Below, in pieces: positions 45,940 to 54,183 of a stretch of DNA of 64,000 nucleotides. The notes under the pieces were generated by a model. It was given only the letters and a program-made list of their open reading frames with translations, did not search any database and had not been told where the DNA came from. Position 1 is the stretch's first letter; each line of letters opens with the position of its first letter. The translations under genes and the position numbers were made by a program. The DNA comes from a virus: the IMG/VR virus record IMGVR_UViG_3300049847_000321, positions 4,754-68,753 of that record, one strand, 5' to 3'.

Positions 45940-46322
45940 CACTTAGTCTCCTTTCGTTTGAGAAGTAGTTTCAAAATAGCCATGACTAACTTCCTTTTGT
46001 ATTCTGCATATGCAGGTTGTGCGATCCTTTTGTATTCTGCATATGCAGATTTTTGGCAGTCGTTTTCGTATTTTGCCCATGCAGGTTTTATGATCCTTAA
46101 GTATTCTGCTGATGCAGGCTGTGCGATCCTTTCGTATTCTACCTGCTCTTGCTCAGTTAGTAGGTTGTTCGCTACCCACTCAATATCAAGTTCCAATTTT
46201 AGGAACCTTTCGGCAGTCTCTTGCGTAAGCGGTATGCCTTGAGGCCATTCGCTTTCTACCAGAGACAGTTGCTCTTGGCAGGCACGTTTCTTTCGTAGAA
46301 GGGCTAGAGGTATGATCTTCAT
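45939..46322 (-). CDS. 11-aa repeat cassette protein, copy 3 (4 repeats, one degenerate)
   Basis: 127 aa; flanks TAAGGAGACCAAGTAATG and AAGGAGACTAAGTGATG. Confidence 0.85.
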   Translation of the reverse strand: MKIIPLALLRKKRACQEQLSLVESEWPQGIPLTQETAERFLKLELDIEWVANNLLTEQEQVEYERIAQPASAEYLRIIKPAWAKYENDCQKSAYAEYKRIAQPAYAEYKRKLVMAILKLLLKRKETK

Positions 46323-46334
46323 TACTTGGTCTCC

Positions 46335-46604
46335 TTAGTGGGGGCGATAGTTCTTCGGATCGTTGATATAAGTGTTCAGTCGGTTCCACAGTTCCGGTGT
46401 CATATTGAACTTTAAGGATCGCAGTCGCTCATTGTGAGCCGCGCATTGTTGACAAACCATTAGATGTTGATTCCTGAACTTCTCAGTCTCCTTTCTCAGT
46501 AAGTCCTTCGGCAAGTGGTCCGATACTTGTGACAAAGACTTGGCGAAGGAAATCACGTCTTTGCACTTCGGATCGAGTTTAAGTCTACCTTTTCTTTTCG
46601 CCAC
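46335..46604 (-). CDS. Hypothetical protein (C...H..VCxxC)
   Basis: GAGGAG SD with GTG start. Confidence 0.6.
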   Translation of the reverse strand: MAKRKGRLKLDPKCKDVISFAKSLSQVSDHLPKDLLRKETEKFRNQHLMVCQQCAAHNERLRSLKFNMTPELWNRLNTYINDPKNYRPH

Positions 46605-46606
46605 GG

Positions 46607-46840
46607 TTACTCCTCAAGTAGAATGTGTACTGTGTCTCCAACGATCTTGTGAGGAATCTTACCTGATAAGATTCTGTCCCAAAGATCATCCGACAATTCA
46701 GTCCAAGACTTCATCACTTGCCGGAGGCAAGATCGGTCCTTGGCAAAAGAGTAACCGTTCATAGCCCATGCGAAAATCGACGGAGCGTATATCATCTCGG
46801 TAGATTGCAAGATAATTTTCGTTTTAGTGGTCGTTTTCAT
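46607..46840 (-). CDS. Hypothetical protein
   Basis: Start context AAGGAGACCGAGTGATG. Confidence 0.65.
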   Translation of the reverse strand: MKTTTKTKIILQSTEMIYAPSIFAWAMNGYSFAKDRSCLRQVMKSWTELSDDLWDRILSGKIPHKIVGDTVHILLEE

Positions 46841-46879
46841 CACTCGGTCTCCTTTGTTTAAGCGATTCAGAACGGAAGA

Positions 46880-46904
46880 AGGCAGACGGAACGCCCGTCT
46901 GCCT
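46880..46904 (-). terminator. Intra-operon hairpin (terminator or processing site)
   Basis: AGGCAGACGG-gcgtt-CCGTCTGCCT followed by TCTTCC. Confidence 0.5.
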
Positions 46905-46937
46905 GGCGTACACGTATACTGTGGGCGAACCTTTATA

Positions 46938-47411
46938 CTACCCACGATCAATAACGGCATCGTGCGATGCGTTCCGATCTTCTCTGTCTTCCGAATCGAA
47001 GTCATCTTCCAGTAATACATCATGATCGGCCCCCACTGGAATTGTGGCATCTTCGTGCCGCGGAGGATCATCAATCTGATCGTTGTAAAAATGCCAAATT
47101 TCTGCGAAGTACCTAAGTATACATTCCATTTCTCTCAAAGAGAGTTCCTTTTTGTTCTCTTCCACATCATAAAAAACTTCTTCCAAAAGAAGCTCTCTGC
47201 CGTATTCAACAAACTGTTCAACCGTAAAAGTATGAGTCACGGAAGAACTGAAATCAATTTCATCAACAGATTTGCCAGAGATCCGACAAATTCTATCTCT
47301 CTCACGTCGGTCACATTGCGTGCCCGCCAATTGAGCAAATCGGTAAGAAGAAACTTCAGCGTAATACAGTTTGCACGCCAAACATTCTAATGCAGTTAAT
47401 GCAAGAGTCAT
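46938..47411 (-). CDS. Hypothetical acidic protein, first gene of the leftward operon
   Basis: SD GAGGAGACC before ATG 47411. Confidence 0.65.
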   Translation of the reverse strand: MTLALTALECLACKLYYAEVSSYRFAQLAGTQCDRRERDRICRISGKSVDEIDFSSSVTHTFTVEQFVEYGRELLLEEVFYDVEENKKELSLREMECILRYFAEIWHFYNDQIDDPPRHEDATIPVGADHDVLLEDDFDSEDREDRNASHDAVIDRG

Positions 47412-47820
47412 CGTAGGTCTCCTCTTTCTTCTCTGTCGATTGGAACTGACTCGACTCATCAGCGTGAGAAAATACTCACGGAAGATGCCCTTCTCTCGGA
47501 AGGGCATCGTTTCGTCTTTTGTCAGGAAGTCTTGCGTAGTCACGCCATATTGAGTTCGCCCCTGTGGCATTCAGGAACTACACTATTTTCGATGCCGCGT
47601 TGATGATCTGCTTTTGGATCTGCCTTTCTCTGCCGGACCCTGTGCAACTTTGGCTATGACTTTCCGGAGAGAACAGCCCTATCATTGCGGCTGGCGTTTT
47701 TAAGTTGTCAAGGAACTGAGCGGAGCTTGGCCGTCTGATTTCAGTCAGGTCTTCTCAAGGCTTCTCTCGGAAGCTGGCGTCTTATGCCTCTCGGCTGTTC
47801 GCCACGCCCAACATATCAAT
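47412..47820 (-). ncRNA. Candidate structured 5' leader / ncRNA
   Basis: About 400 nt between a promoter and the first SD-bearing ATG; several hairpins, including two with the core CTTC-CGAGA-GAAG. Confidence 0.4.
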
Positions 47821-47824
47821 TGAT

Positions 47825-47852
47825 ATTCTACTGAAAATGAAGGTATCGTCAA
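47825..47852 (-). promoter_or_regulatory. Sigma70-like promoter
   Basis: TTGACG-16 bp-TAGAAT. Confidence 0.6.
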
Positions 47853-48145
47853 GGCCGATTTCGTGTCTAGTTGCCCCCTAGACGCGCTATATATACTGTG
47901 GCATGCCGAATAGCGATAGACTGTAACGATTGTAGCGATTAGACAATTTACACTTCAGGTATTTTCAGCCCCAGGGCGCACCGAGGGAGATCCGCCGCAC
48001 TTCCTTTGAACGTGTTTTGCTCTATTTTTCTAGCAATTGTTCGTTAATGTGATGACCTTGAAAACTTGCACCTAAATGATCCCCATATATGGGTTTTCAG
48101 ACCTCAGAAAAGCACAAGCTCTGAAGGTATTCCCGGCCTCTTGAA

Positions 48146-49621
48146 TCAAGTCGTGACCTGCAGGGCATCCAATTGTGCCCTTGACCTCATGCCGCCAATG
48201 TGACGCTTCATCTTCCATAAATTGTTGAACGCACCTGAAGATGCGTCAACCTGATCTTTATAACGTGAGTGAGGAAAATGTTTCATTTCTTCCACGTATT
48301 CTTTATTCCAAGGCTTTTTAACAATGTAGACTGATCCTGCGTTAACCATAGAACTCAATGAGTCGGCTCGATCCAATTTGCTGCCATCACTTGCGCCAAC
48401 TTTGTGAATCCTTGTTTTGAAACCTGGCAGACTTCTAGCGGAATTATATGCAGATTCTTTTCCACCACTTCCAGGTTCTTGTTCAAAAACTACTATAACA
48501 TTCTTACCGTCTTTTGCAGCAGTTTCTCGGATAATTACTTCACGTTCCCACGAATCAACTTGGACACGAACAACATCAAGAACCCAAAAGAACCCATAAA
48601 TGTCGTGAGCCATGAGGACACCTACTGTCCATGCTCCGCCTAAATGCGTTCCGGCTTTATCCCAATATCGGACAATTTTTCTGAACGACTTCCAAGGAAT
48701 TTGCTTTATTGCAGGATCCCATTCCTTAAGCAATTTCGTCTTGAACTTACCGCCGCCCTTAGGAACAGGATTCTGAAGGACTTGACCTGCGTAACCGTAT
48801 TCGCCCAGGTTCTGAGCCATCTCTTCCAATACTTCTTGCGGCAATCGAATAGGATCAAACAGTTTGTCCTCTGAGTAGTATTTGATAAGATGTGCAGGTT
48901 TGATATCCTCAGTGACTTCTCCAGGGAGACAGATATGTTTAACGTTCTTTCTTTCAAGGAACAAATTTGTAGGATCGTCTTGATGCAACCTTTGCATAAT
49001 AAGAATTGTAGGTGTGACTCGCTTATCAACTTTTCGAGTCGGTAGAGTTTCTTGGAGCCAATGATTTGCAGCCTCCAGCTCTAATGTCGAAACAGCTTGG
49101 TTCGGATCTAATGGATCGTCGATAATCAGAAAGTGACCGTGCATACCAGTAACTGAGCCATTGACACCTACAGCATAACGATAGCCACCTTTTGTATTAG
49201 CATAGTAGCCCTTGGTGTTCTGATCGACACGAAGTAAAACTTCTGGATAGCACTTCCCGTATAAATCACTAATAACCACATCGCGTGACTTGCGTGACAA
49301 GTCCATAGCAAGCGGATAAGAATATGATCCGCAGATGCACCTGGCAGACAGCATTCTTGTCCAGACCCAAGCTGGAAACATAATACTACAGATGGTGCTC
49401 TTACTTGTTCCTGGCGAAATGTTTATGACAAGATCATATTCTTTGTGCAAACCTAAGAACACACGTTCTGCCAACCTTTGCATCTCATCACAAAGGTATT
49501 CAATATGCCAATTCCAGACTGGCTTCTCTGGGATCAACACATGCCAAAATTGCTGAACAAAATCAAAGAAGGATTCCCGACCTAATGCAGCAATCAATTC
49601 TATTTTACTCACCGCTGGCAT
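48146..49621 (-). CDS. terL: Terminase large subunit
   Basis: WNWHIEYLC, INISPGTSKS, LIIDDP, ILIMQRLHQDD, YAGQVLQNP, YWDKAG, EQEPGSGGK, KDQVDASSGAF. Confidence 0.95.
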   Translation of the reverse strand: MPAVSKIELIAALGRESFFDFVQQFWHVLIPEKPVWNWHIEYLCDEMQRLAERVFLGLHKEYDLVINISPGTSKSTICSIMFPAWVWTRMLSARCICGSYSYPLAMDLSRKSRDVVISDLYGKCYPEVLLRVDQNTKGYYANTKGGYRYAVGVNGSVTGMHGHFLIIDDPLDPNQAVSTLELEAANHWLQETLPTRKVDKRVTPTILIMQRLHQDDPTNLFLERKNVKHICLPGEVTEDIKPAHLIKYYSEDKLFDPIRLPQEVLEEMAQNLGEYGYAGQVLQNPVPKGGGKFKTKLLKEWDPAIKQIPWKSFRKIVRYWDKAGTHLGGAWTVGVLMAHDIYGFFWVLDVVRVQVDSWEREVIIRETAAKDGKNVIVVFEQEPGSGGKESAYNSARSLPGFKTRIHKVGASDGSKLDRADSLSSMVNAGSVYIVKKPWNKEYVEEMKHFPHSRYKDQVDASSGAFNNLWKMKRHIGGMRSRAQLDALQVTT

Positions 49622-50396
49622 ATTCTTCCTCCTTTGCGGGCAATGCTTTCACGGTACCCATATCAATTACGTTCGATTCATTACCTTCGAGAGACTTCAA
49701 AAGTTCTCGCTTTAATTCCTTAGGCAATTTGTTCACGTCAATCAATTCATGTTGATGGCGGATATTCCCTTCAATCTCTAAAGTCTGACGATCACCGTAG
49801 CCACGACTGCGATTGAAGGTCTTCTGCGCGTGCAGAATTGCCGCTTCACTACCTGATCGAACCAGGCGAATGAAATGATCCTCAAAGAAGTTCCCTTTGT
49901 GCCATTCGATTTCATCAACCAATTTCGGAAAGTCTGGGTCATTACTAATCCAGTCATCCAGCATCTTCTTCGACATACAGAGCATTGTCATTGCCTTGGA
50001 TACATTGAAGCTGGTCGATACGATAGCATGGATGAACAAGTGCTGGCGCATCTTAGTGCCGGCATCGGCCAGGAGAGCCTCTATCCTTCGTTGTCCGTTA
50101 TCTTCTTGATCTAATGCCTGTATCTCCTCATATAGCTTCAAGGCTTCGGGAGAAAGGCGTTTATAGATGTAGTCCTTAAGAGTGGGCAACTCTTTCTCCG
50201 TCTTGCCTTCCCGTGCTTCTCGAATACACTTTTTAAGCGTCGGGTTTTCTTTTGCCCAAGTTCTCAACGACTGGTGATGAACGCCGATGATTTTACTGAT
50301 TTCACCTAGAGAACGCCCTTCTTTAACCAGTTCGTATACTTTCCAATAGAACTCATCCTTCCACGCAGACTTTTTTCTTTTCTTCTTGGTTATCAC
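49605..50396 (-). CDS. terS: Terminase small subunit candidate (HTH)
   Basis: HTH SLGEISKIIGVHHQSLRTW; AAILHAQKT...GYGDRQTLEIEG; directly upstream of terL. AGGAGG precedes GTG 50396. Confidence 0.75.
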   Translation of the reverse strand: MITKKKRKKSAWKDEFYWKVYELVKEGRSLGEISKIIGVHHQSLRTWAKENPTLKKCIREAREGKTEKELPTLKDYIYKRLSPEALKLYEEIQALDQEDNGQRRIEALLADAGTKMRQHLFIHAIVSTSFNVSKAMTMLCMSKKMLDDWISNDPDFPKLVDEIEWHKGNFFEDHFIRLVRSGSEAAILHAQKTFNRSRGYGDRQTLEIEGNIRHQHELIDVNKLPKELKRELLKSLEGNESNVIDMGTVKALPAKEEEYASGE

Positions 50397-50415
50397 GGTT
50401 AACCTCCTTTTGCCT

Positions 50416-50444
50416 AGAATATAGGAAAATTCGCTAGAAGTCAA
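50416..50444 (-). promoter_or_regulatory. Sigma70-like promoter for the terminase operon
   Basis: TTGACT-17 bp-TATTCT. Confidence 0.55.
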
Positions 50445-50564
50445 GGTATCGCAAAAGCCAACATAGCCAACATCGGAGAGGACGAATCAAAAAAATCTCC
50501 TAAAATACAAGGTTTTTGAAAGATTAAAGAAAAATTTCTTTCTTTCAAATTACCCTAAAAAGCG

Positions 50565-50593
50565 TTGACTGTTGACTGCGCATCGAATAGAAA
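50565..50593 (+). promoter_or_regulatory. Sigma70-like promoter (divergent from terminase)
   Basis: TTGACT-17 bp-TAGAAA. Confidence 0.5.
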
Positions 50594-50613
50594 ATTGATA
50601 CAAGCCATACAGT

Positions 50614-50862
50614 ATGGCTAACCTTAACCTAGAGGGCTTGAACATGCTAAAGTGTAAGCATTACCGAACGAAGATGATTGGCCACAAAGTAGTACATCCG
50701 AGAAACAAAAGGAAACGCCCGATCCAAAAAGATGTCTACTACTGTTATGATTGTGCCAATCGCATTGTCCGTAAGTGCGCCTGCACACATACCCAAATCG
50801 TCATCGCCCCGTTACTGCAAGCCGACGTAACTGGTTTGCGAAACTTGAATGGAGTCCGATAA
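50614..50862 (+). CDS. Hypothetical basic Cys-containing protein
   Basis: Stop coupled to the next start (TAATG); start uncertain. Confidence 0.5.
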   Translation: MANLNLEGLNMLKCKHYRTKMIGHKVVHPRNKRKRPIQKDVYYCYDCANRIVRKCACTHTQIVIAPLLQADVTGLRNLNGVR

Positions 50863-51107
50863 TGAACGATCCGACTGAATCAACCCGACGTGAACTTGTC
50901 CAAGAGATCAACTCCAATGCAAATCCCCGTGAAAGGTTAGAAGCCCTTCACGGACAAGTCTGGGACACGACAGAACTTATGGATGACTTTGAGGTCATCG
51001 GTTTCCGAGCTCCGTTTGTTGTCGTCAAACGACGATCCGACAATAAAGTCGGGTCATTGACTTTCCAGCACGACCCTCGTTTCTACTTTGACTTCACGGA
51101 GAAATGA
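50862..51107 (+). CDS. Conserved phage hypothetical protein
   Basis: GGAG SD; WDTTEL..DFEVIGF.APFVVVKR.SD..VGSL.FQH.PRFYF. Confidence 0.75.
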   Translation: MNDPTESTRRELVQEINSNANPRERLEALHGQVWDTTELMDDFEVIGFRAPFVVVKRRSDNKVGSLTFQHDPRFYFDFTEK

Positions 51108-51108
51108 C

Positions 51109-51303
51109 ATGGCGGTTTCACTTCAAACACCTGAACATCTGCAATGTGATTGCGGCTCAGGCGATCCGTTTGAGAGGCACTACGACGGCCACGGAATCTA
51201 TCTATTCCGTTCCTGCGACAAGTGCTTCCATGAGAAAGCGTCACACTTTCGTTCCGATATATTCGAGGACTACGAATGTGACGAACCGATAGACGAAGAT
51301 TAA
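51109..51303 (+). CDS. Small Zn-binding hypothetical protein
   Basis: CDCGSG...YDGHGIYL..SCDKC. Confidence 0.7.
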   Translation: MAVSLQTPEHLQCDCGSGDPFERHYDGHGIYLFRSCDKCFHEKASHFRSDIFEDYECDEPIDED

Positions 51304-51328
51304 AAAATCGTTTACATCTTTTCGCGTA

Positions 51329-51368
51329 CCGCAAAAAGCCTTGTCGCTTTTTGCGGCGCGAATAGAAT
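51329..51368 (+). promoter_or_regulatory. Promoter overlapped by an 11-bp inverted repeat (operator or terminator)
   Basis: CCGCAAAAAGC-cttgtc-GCTTTTTGCGG; TTGTCG-16 bp-TAGAAT. Confidence 0.5.
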
Positions 51369-51429
51369 ACATATACAGTCAGATAGGCTGACTGAAACCT
51401 TCGCCCATAACATGAAAGGCATGTGACCT

Positions 51430-51837
51430 ATGAGTCTGAAACTTCCGAGCATCAAAGCTGTACGTAAAGACCTGGCAGAGATCAAATCTGATCTCCATAT
51501 AGCAGCGTTCCCAAAAGCTGGCGAATCACTTGCCATCCGGCTTTTCGTCAATGATGAAGGCCAATGGCACATTGATTCCGGTGACCCGAGAAACGACAGC
51601 ACAGAACCTGGCTGGCGTGCCGAAGGCACCGTCACATCGAAAACCAACTGTGAGCAATTGGCCATCAAATTGCTTAATGATCTTCGAGACCAACAGGCGG
51701 AAGCTGAGGCCGTCCGACAGGCAATTGACGATGGTGCAATCGCTACAGAAATGGCAGTTAATGCTGCTCTACCTCCGCCATTGCCAACGGAACCTCAATT
51801 TGAAATCAATGCCAGCGAACCTGTACGATTGATTTGA
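51430..51837 (+). CDS. Hypothetical protein
   Basis: 135-aa ORF downstream of the promoter. Confidence 0.65.
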   Translation: MSLKLPSIKAVRKDLAEIKSDLHIAAFPKAGESLAIRLFVNDEGQWHIDSGDPRNDSTEPGWRAEGTVTSKTNCEQLAIKLLNDLRDQQAEAEAVRQAIDDGAIATEMAVNAALPPPLPTEPQFEINASEPVRLI

Positions 51838-51929
51838 TAACCAAACTTCGCCCATTTCTCTAACCAGGCCAATGCCATGAAAACTACCGGCAAGAAAGCT
51901 GTAACCAACAAGAAAGTGAGAACACGAAA

Positions 51930-52268
51930 ATGCACACGACGAAAACCCTCGATCACCGTCCACAATTCTGCACCTGCAGGACCTGCCGTCAAGTCTACCT
52001 CACGGTCGAAGCCAACTCGTGCATCCGGGGCTACTGTTCCATGCACTGTCAAAACGAAAAAGCAACGTATCTCGGATGGCGAAAAGAAACTGCCTTCCAA
52101 AAAGGCAGCACACAATACAATATCCTCACAAAAGCCAACGAAATCGGAGACATTGAAGCCCCGCCCTATCTCATACCAAAGTCTCAAGAGGACATTAACC
52201 AGATGCGAAAAATGCTTCCGCACATTTTCGGAGTCGGAGCTGAGCAAGAGCTATTTGCCTCAACCTGA
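51930..52268 (+). CDS. Probable Zn-finger protein nested in the long NusG ORF frame
   Basis: CRTC...GYCSMHC motif; normal globular composition. Confidence 0.55.
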   Translation: MHTTKTLDHRPQFCTCRTCRQVYLTVEANSCIRGYCSMHCQNEKATYLGWRKETAFQKGSTQYNILTKANEIGDIEAPPYLIPKSQEDINQMRKMLPHIFGVGAEQELFAST

Positions 52269-52296
52269 CGACGAAAAACTCTGCCTCCGATGTTCA

Positions 52297-53043
52297 ATGC
52301 GATTCTACGTCCTCTACTGTATGCCACCTCAGCGTCAATACGTTGACAACACTGAGGAGATACGCAGAGATTGCGTAGACGCCGGATTCCCCGACTTGGC
52401 GATGCCGACTGTACAATGGGCGGCTGTTATCGGAGGCGAGAATAAAACGAGGACTAGGCTGTTAAAAATGGCCGGTGAACGTGGCATACGTCACTTGATC
52501 GGCAAGATCATCATTCCTAAACACGAGGAGGTTGTATGGCGACACGGGATGCGTAGAGTATCCAAGAAAAAGAGCTTTCCTGGCTATCTGATTATTCAGA
52601 TGGTGTTCAACGACGACACCGATCATCTGATTAACGATTGCCCAGGCGCAGTAGGTTTACTGCCGTTTAGACCTGACTTCTATCACAAAGACATTCTGAC
52701 CAAGAAAGTCTGGAAACGTCAGGCTACCGAGCATGAATTGAAACGAATGGAAAATGAAGAAGGATCAACCCTTCTAATTTGGAAACCTACTTCACTCGAA
52801 AGTGAAGAAGCCGCTTTACTCTTACTGAGGAATGGCATGGAAAACGTGGCCACTAGGACACAGACACCTGACATTGAAGTCGGGCAGTTTGTCAAGATTC
52901 AGCATGGAGCGTTCAAAGACACGGCAGCTAAAGTGCTGGAATTGATACAGAGCAACAAAGAACCTCAATTACGACTAGAAGTAACCCTTCTAGGCACGCT
53001 TGTTCCAATCACTTTGCCAGTGTGGCAAGTGGCATCTATTTAA
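52297..53043 (+). CDS. nusG: NusG-family transcription antitermination factor (NGN + KOW)
   Basis: MRFYVL, IGKIIIPKHEEV...KKKSFPGYLIIQM, PGAVGL, IEVGQFVKIQHGAFKD..AKV. The frame is also open upstream to 51877. Confidence 0.85.
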   Translation: MRFYVLYCMPPQRQYVDNTEEIRRDCVDAGFPDLAMPTVQWAAVIGGENKTRTRLLKMAGERGIRHLIGKIIIPKHEEVVWRHGMRRVSKKKSFPGYLIIQMVFNDDTDHLINDCPGAVGLLPFRPDFYHKDILTKKVWKRQATEHELKRMENEEGSTLLIWKPTSLESEEAALLLLRNGMENVATRTQTPDIEVGQFVKIQHGAFKDTAAKVLELIQSNKEPQLRLEVTLLGTLVPITLPVWQVASI

Positions 53044-53059
53044 GAAAGGAAACCAAGCA

Positions 53060-53770
53060 ATGAAGATCATACCACTAGACCTTCTACGAAAGAAAGGTGC
53101 CTGCCAAAAGCAGCTGTCTCTGGTAGAAAGCGAATGGCCTCAAGGCATACCGCTTACAAAAGCAACTGCCGAAAGGTTCCTAAAATTGGAACTTGATATT
53201 GACTGGGTAGCAGAGAATCTGCTGACTGAGCAAGAGCAGATAGAATACTTAAGGATCATACAACCTGCATGGGCAGAATACTTAAGGATCAAACAACCTG
53301 CATTAGCAGAATACGAAAGGATCGAACAACCTGCAAGGGCAGAATACAAAAGGATCGAACAACTTGCAAAAGCAGAATACGAAAGGATCATACAACCTGC
53401 ACTAGCAGAATACGAAAGGATCGAACAACCTGCATGGGCAGAATACAAAAGGATTCAACAACCTGCATATGCAGAATACAAAAGGATTCAACAACCTGCA
53501 TTAGCAGAATACAAAAGGATCATACAACCTGCATGGGCAGAATACGAAAGGATCGAACAACCTGCATATGCAGAATACAAAAGGATCCAACAACCTGCAT
53601 ATGCAGAATACAAAAGGATCGAACAACCTGCATATGCAGAATACAAAAGGAGCATAGCACCTGCATCAGCAGAATACAATAGGATCAAACAACTTGCAAG
53701 GGCAGAATACGAAAGGAAGAAAGTCATGGCTATTCTGGAACTACTCCTTAAGCGAAAGGAGACCAAGTGA
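53060..53770 (+). CDS. 11-aa repeat cassette protein, copy 4 (14 repeats)
   Basis: 236 aa; flanks AAGGAAACCAAGCAATG and AAGGAGACCAAGTGATG. Confidence 0.85.
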   Translation: MKIIPLDLLRKKGACQKQLSLVESEWPQGIPLTKATAERFLKLELDIDWVAENLLTEQEQIEYLRIIQPAWAEYLRIKQPALAEYERIEQPARAEYKRIEQLAKAEYERIIQPALAEYERIEQPAWAEYKRIQQPAYAEYKRIQQPALAEYKRIIQPAWAEYERIEQPAYAEYKRIQQPAYAEYKRIEQPAYAEYKRSIAPASAEYNRIKQLARAEYERKKVMAILELLLKRKETK

Positions 53771-54183
53771 TGAAAAAGAATCCAATTACTATTGCAGACC
53801 TTGAAGCGAGAGTCGCCAAAGGGGTTGAATATCTCAACCTCAACTATCCACAATGGCAGACTAAGATCGACCTAAGTGCATTCAACATCAATAATTGCAG
53901 ACAATGTATTTTCGGACAATTGTTAGAGAATTACTGGAAACTTGAAATGGAAGATCCTGAAGTTTACCATAAAGCATATTTATACGGATTTGATCTAATA
54001 CCTAGTCATTTAGACGAAGTTCTAGTAGAGACAACTGCATTCAATCAATACGGCGACCCTATCAATCCGAATGACAACATCGGTATTGATTCTTACACCT
54101 TAGAATTACAACGAATTTGGGTACGAACAATCAATAACCTTCAAACACAAGAACAAGGAGAATCCAATGTTGAGCGTCAGTAA
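53770..54183 (+). CDS. Conserved phage hypothetical protein
   Basis: RVAKGVEYL...WQTKIDL..FNI...CIFGQL pattern; TGATG coupling. Confidence 0.7.
   Translation: MKKNPITIADLEARVAKGVEYLNLNYPQWQTKIDLSAFNINNCRQCIFGQLLENYWKLEMEDPEVYHKAYLYGFDLIPSHLDEVLVETTAFNQYGDPINPNDNIGIDSYTLELQRIWVRTINNLQTQEQGESNVERQ

Noticed and set aside
46938-47570. 210-aa ORF starting at 47570 (and 155-aa ORF starting at 47074)
   Set aside because: The upstream extensions lack an SD and overlap hairpin-rich leader sequence or another gene. Starts at 47411 and 46840 have strong AGGAG sites.
48146-49621. Intein or group I intron in terminase, helicases or primase
   Set aside because: The ORFs are continuous and of ordinary length, with no intein C-terminal HN-C/S/T block or homing endonuclease motif recognised.
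53240-53715. 33-bp repeats as a CRISPR array
   Set aside because: The units are contiguous with no unique spacers, stay in frame within an ORF, and no cas genes are present.
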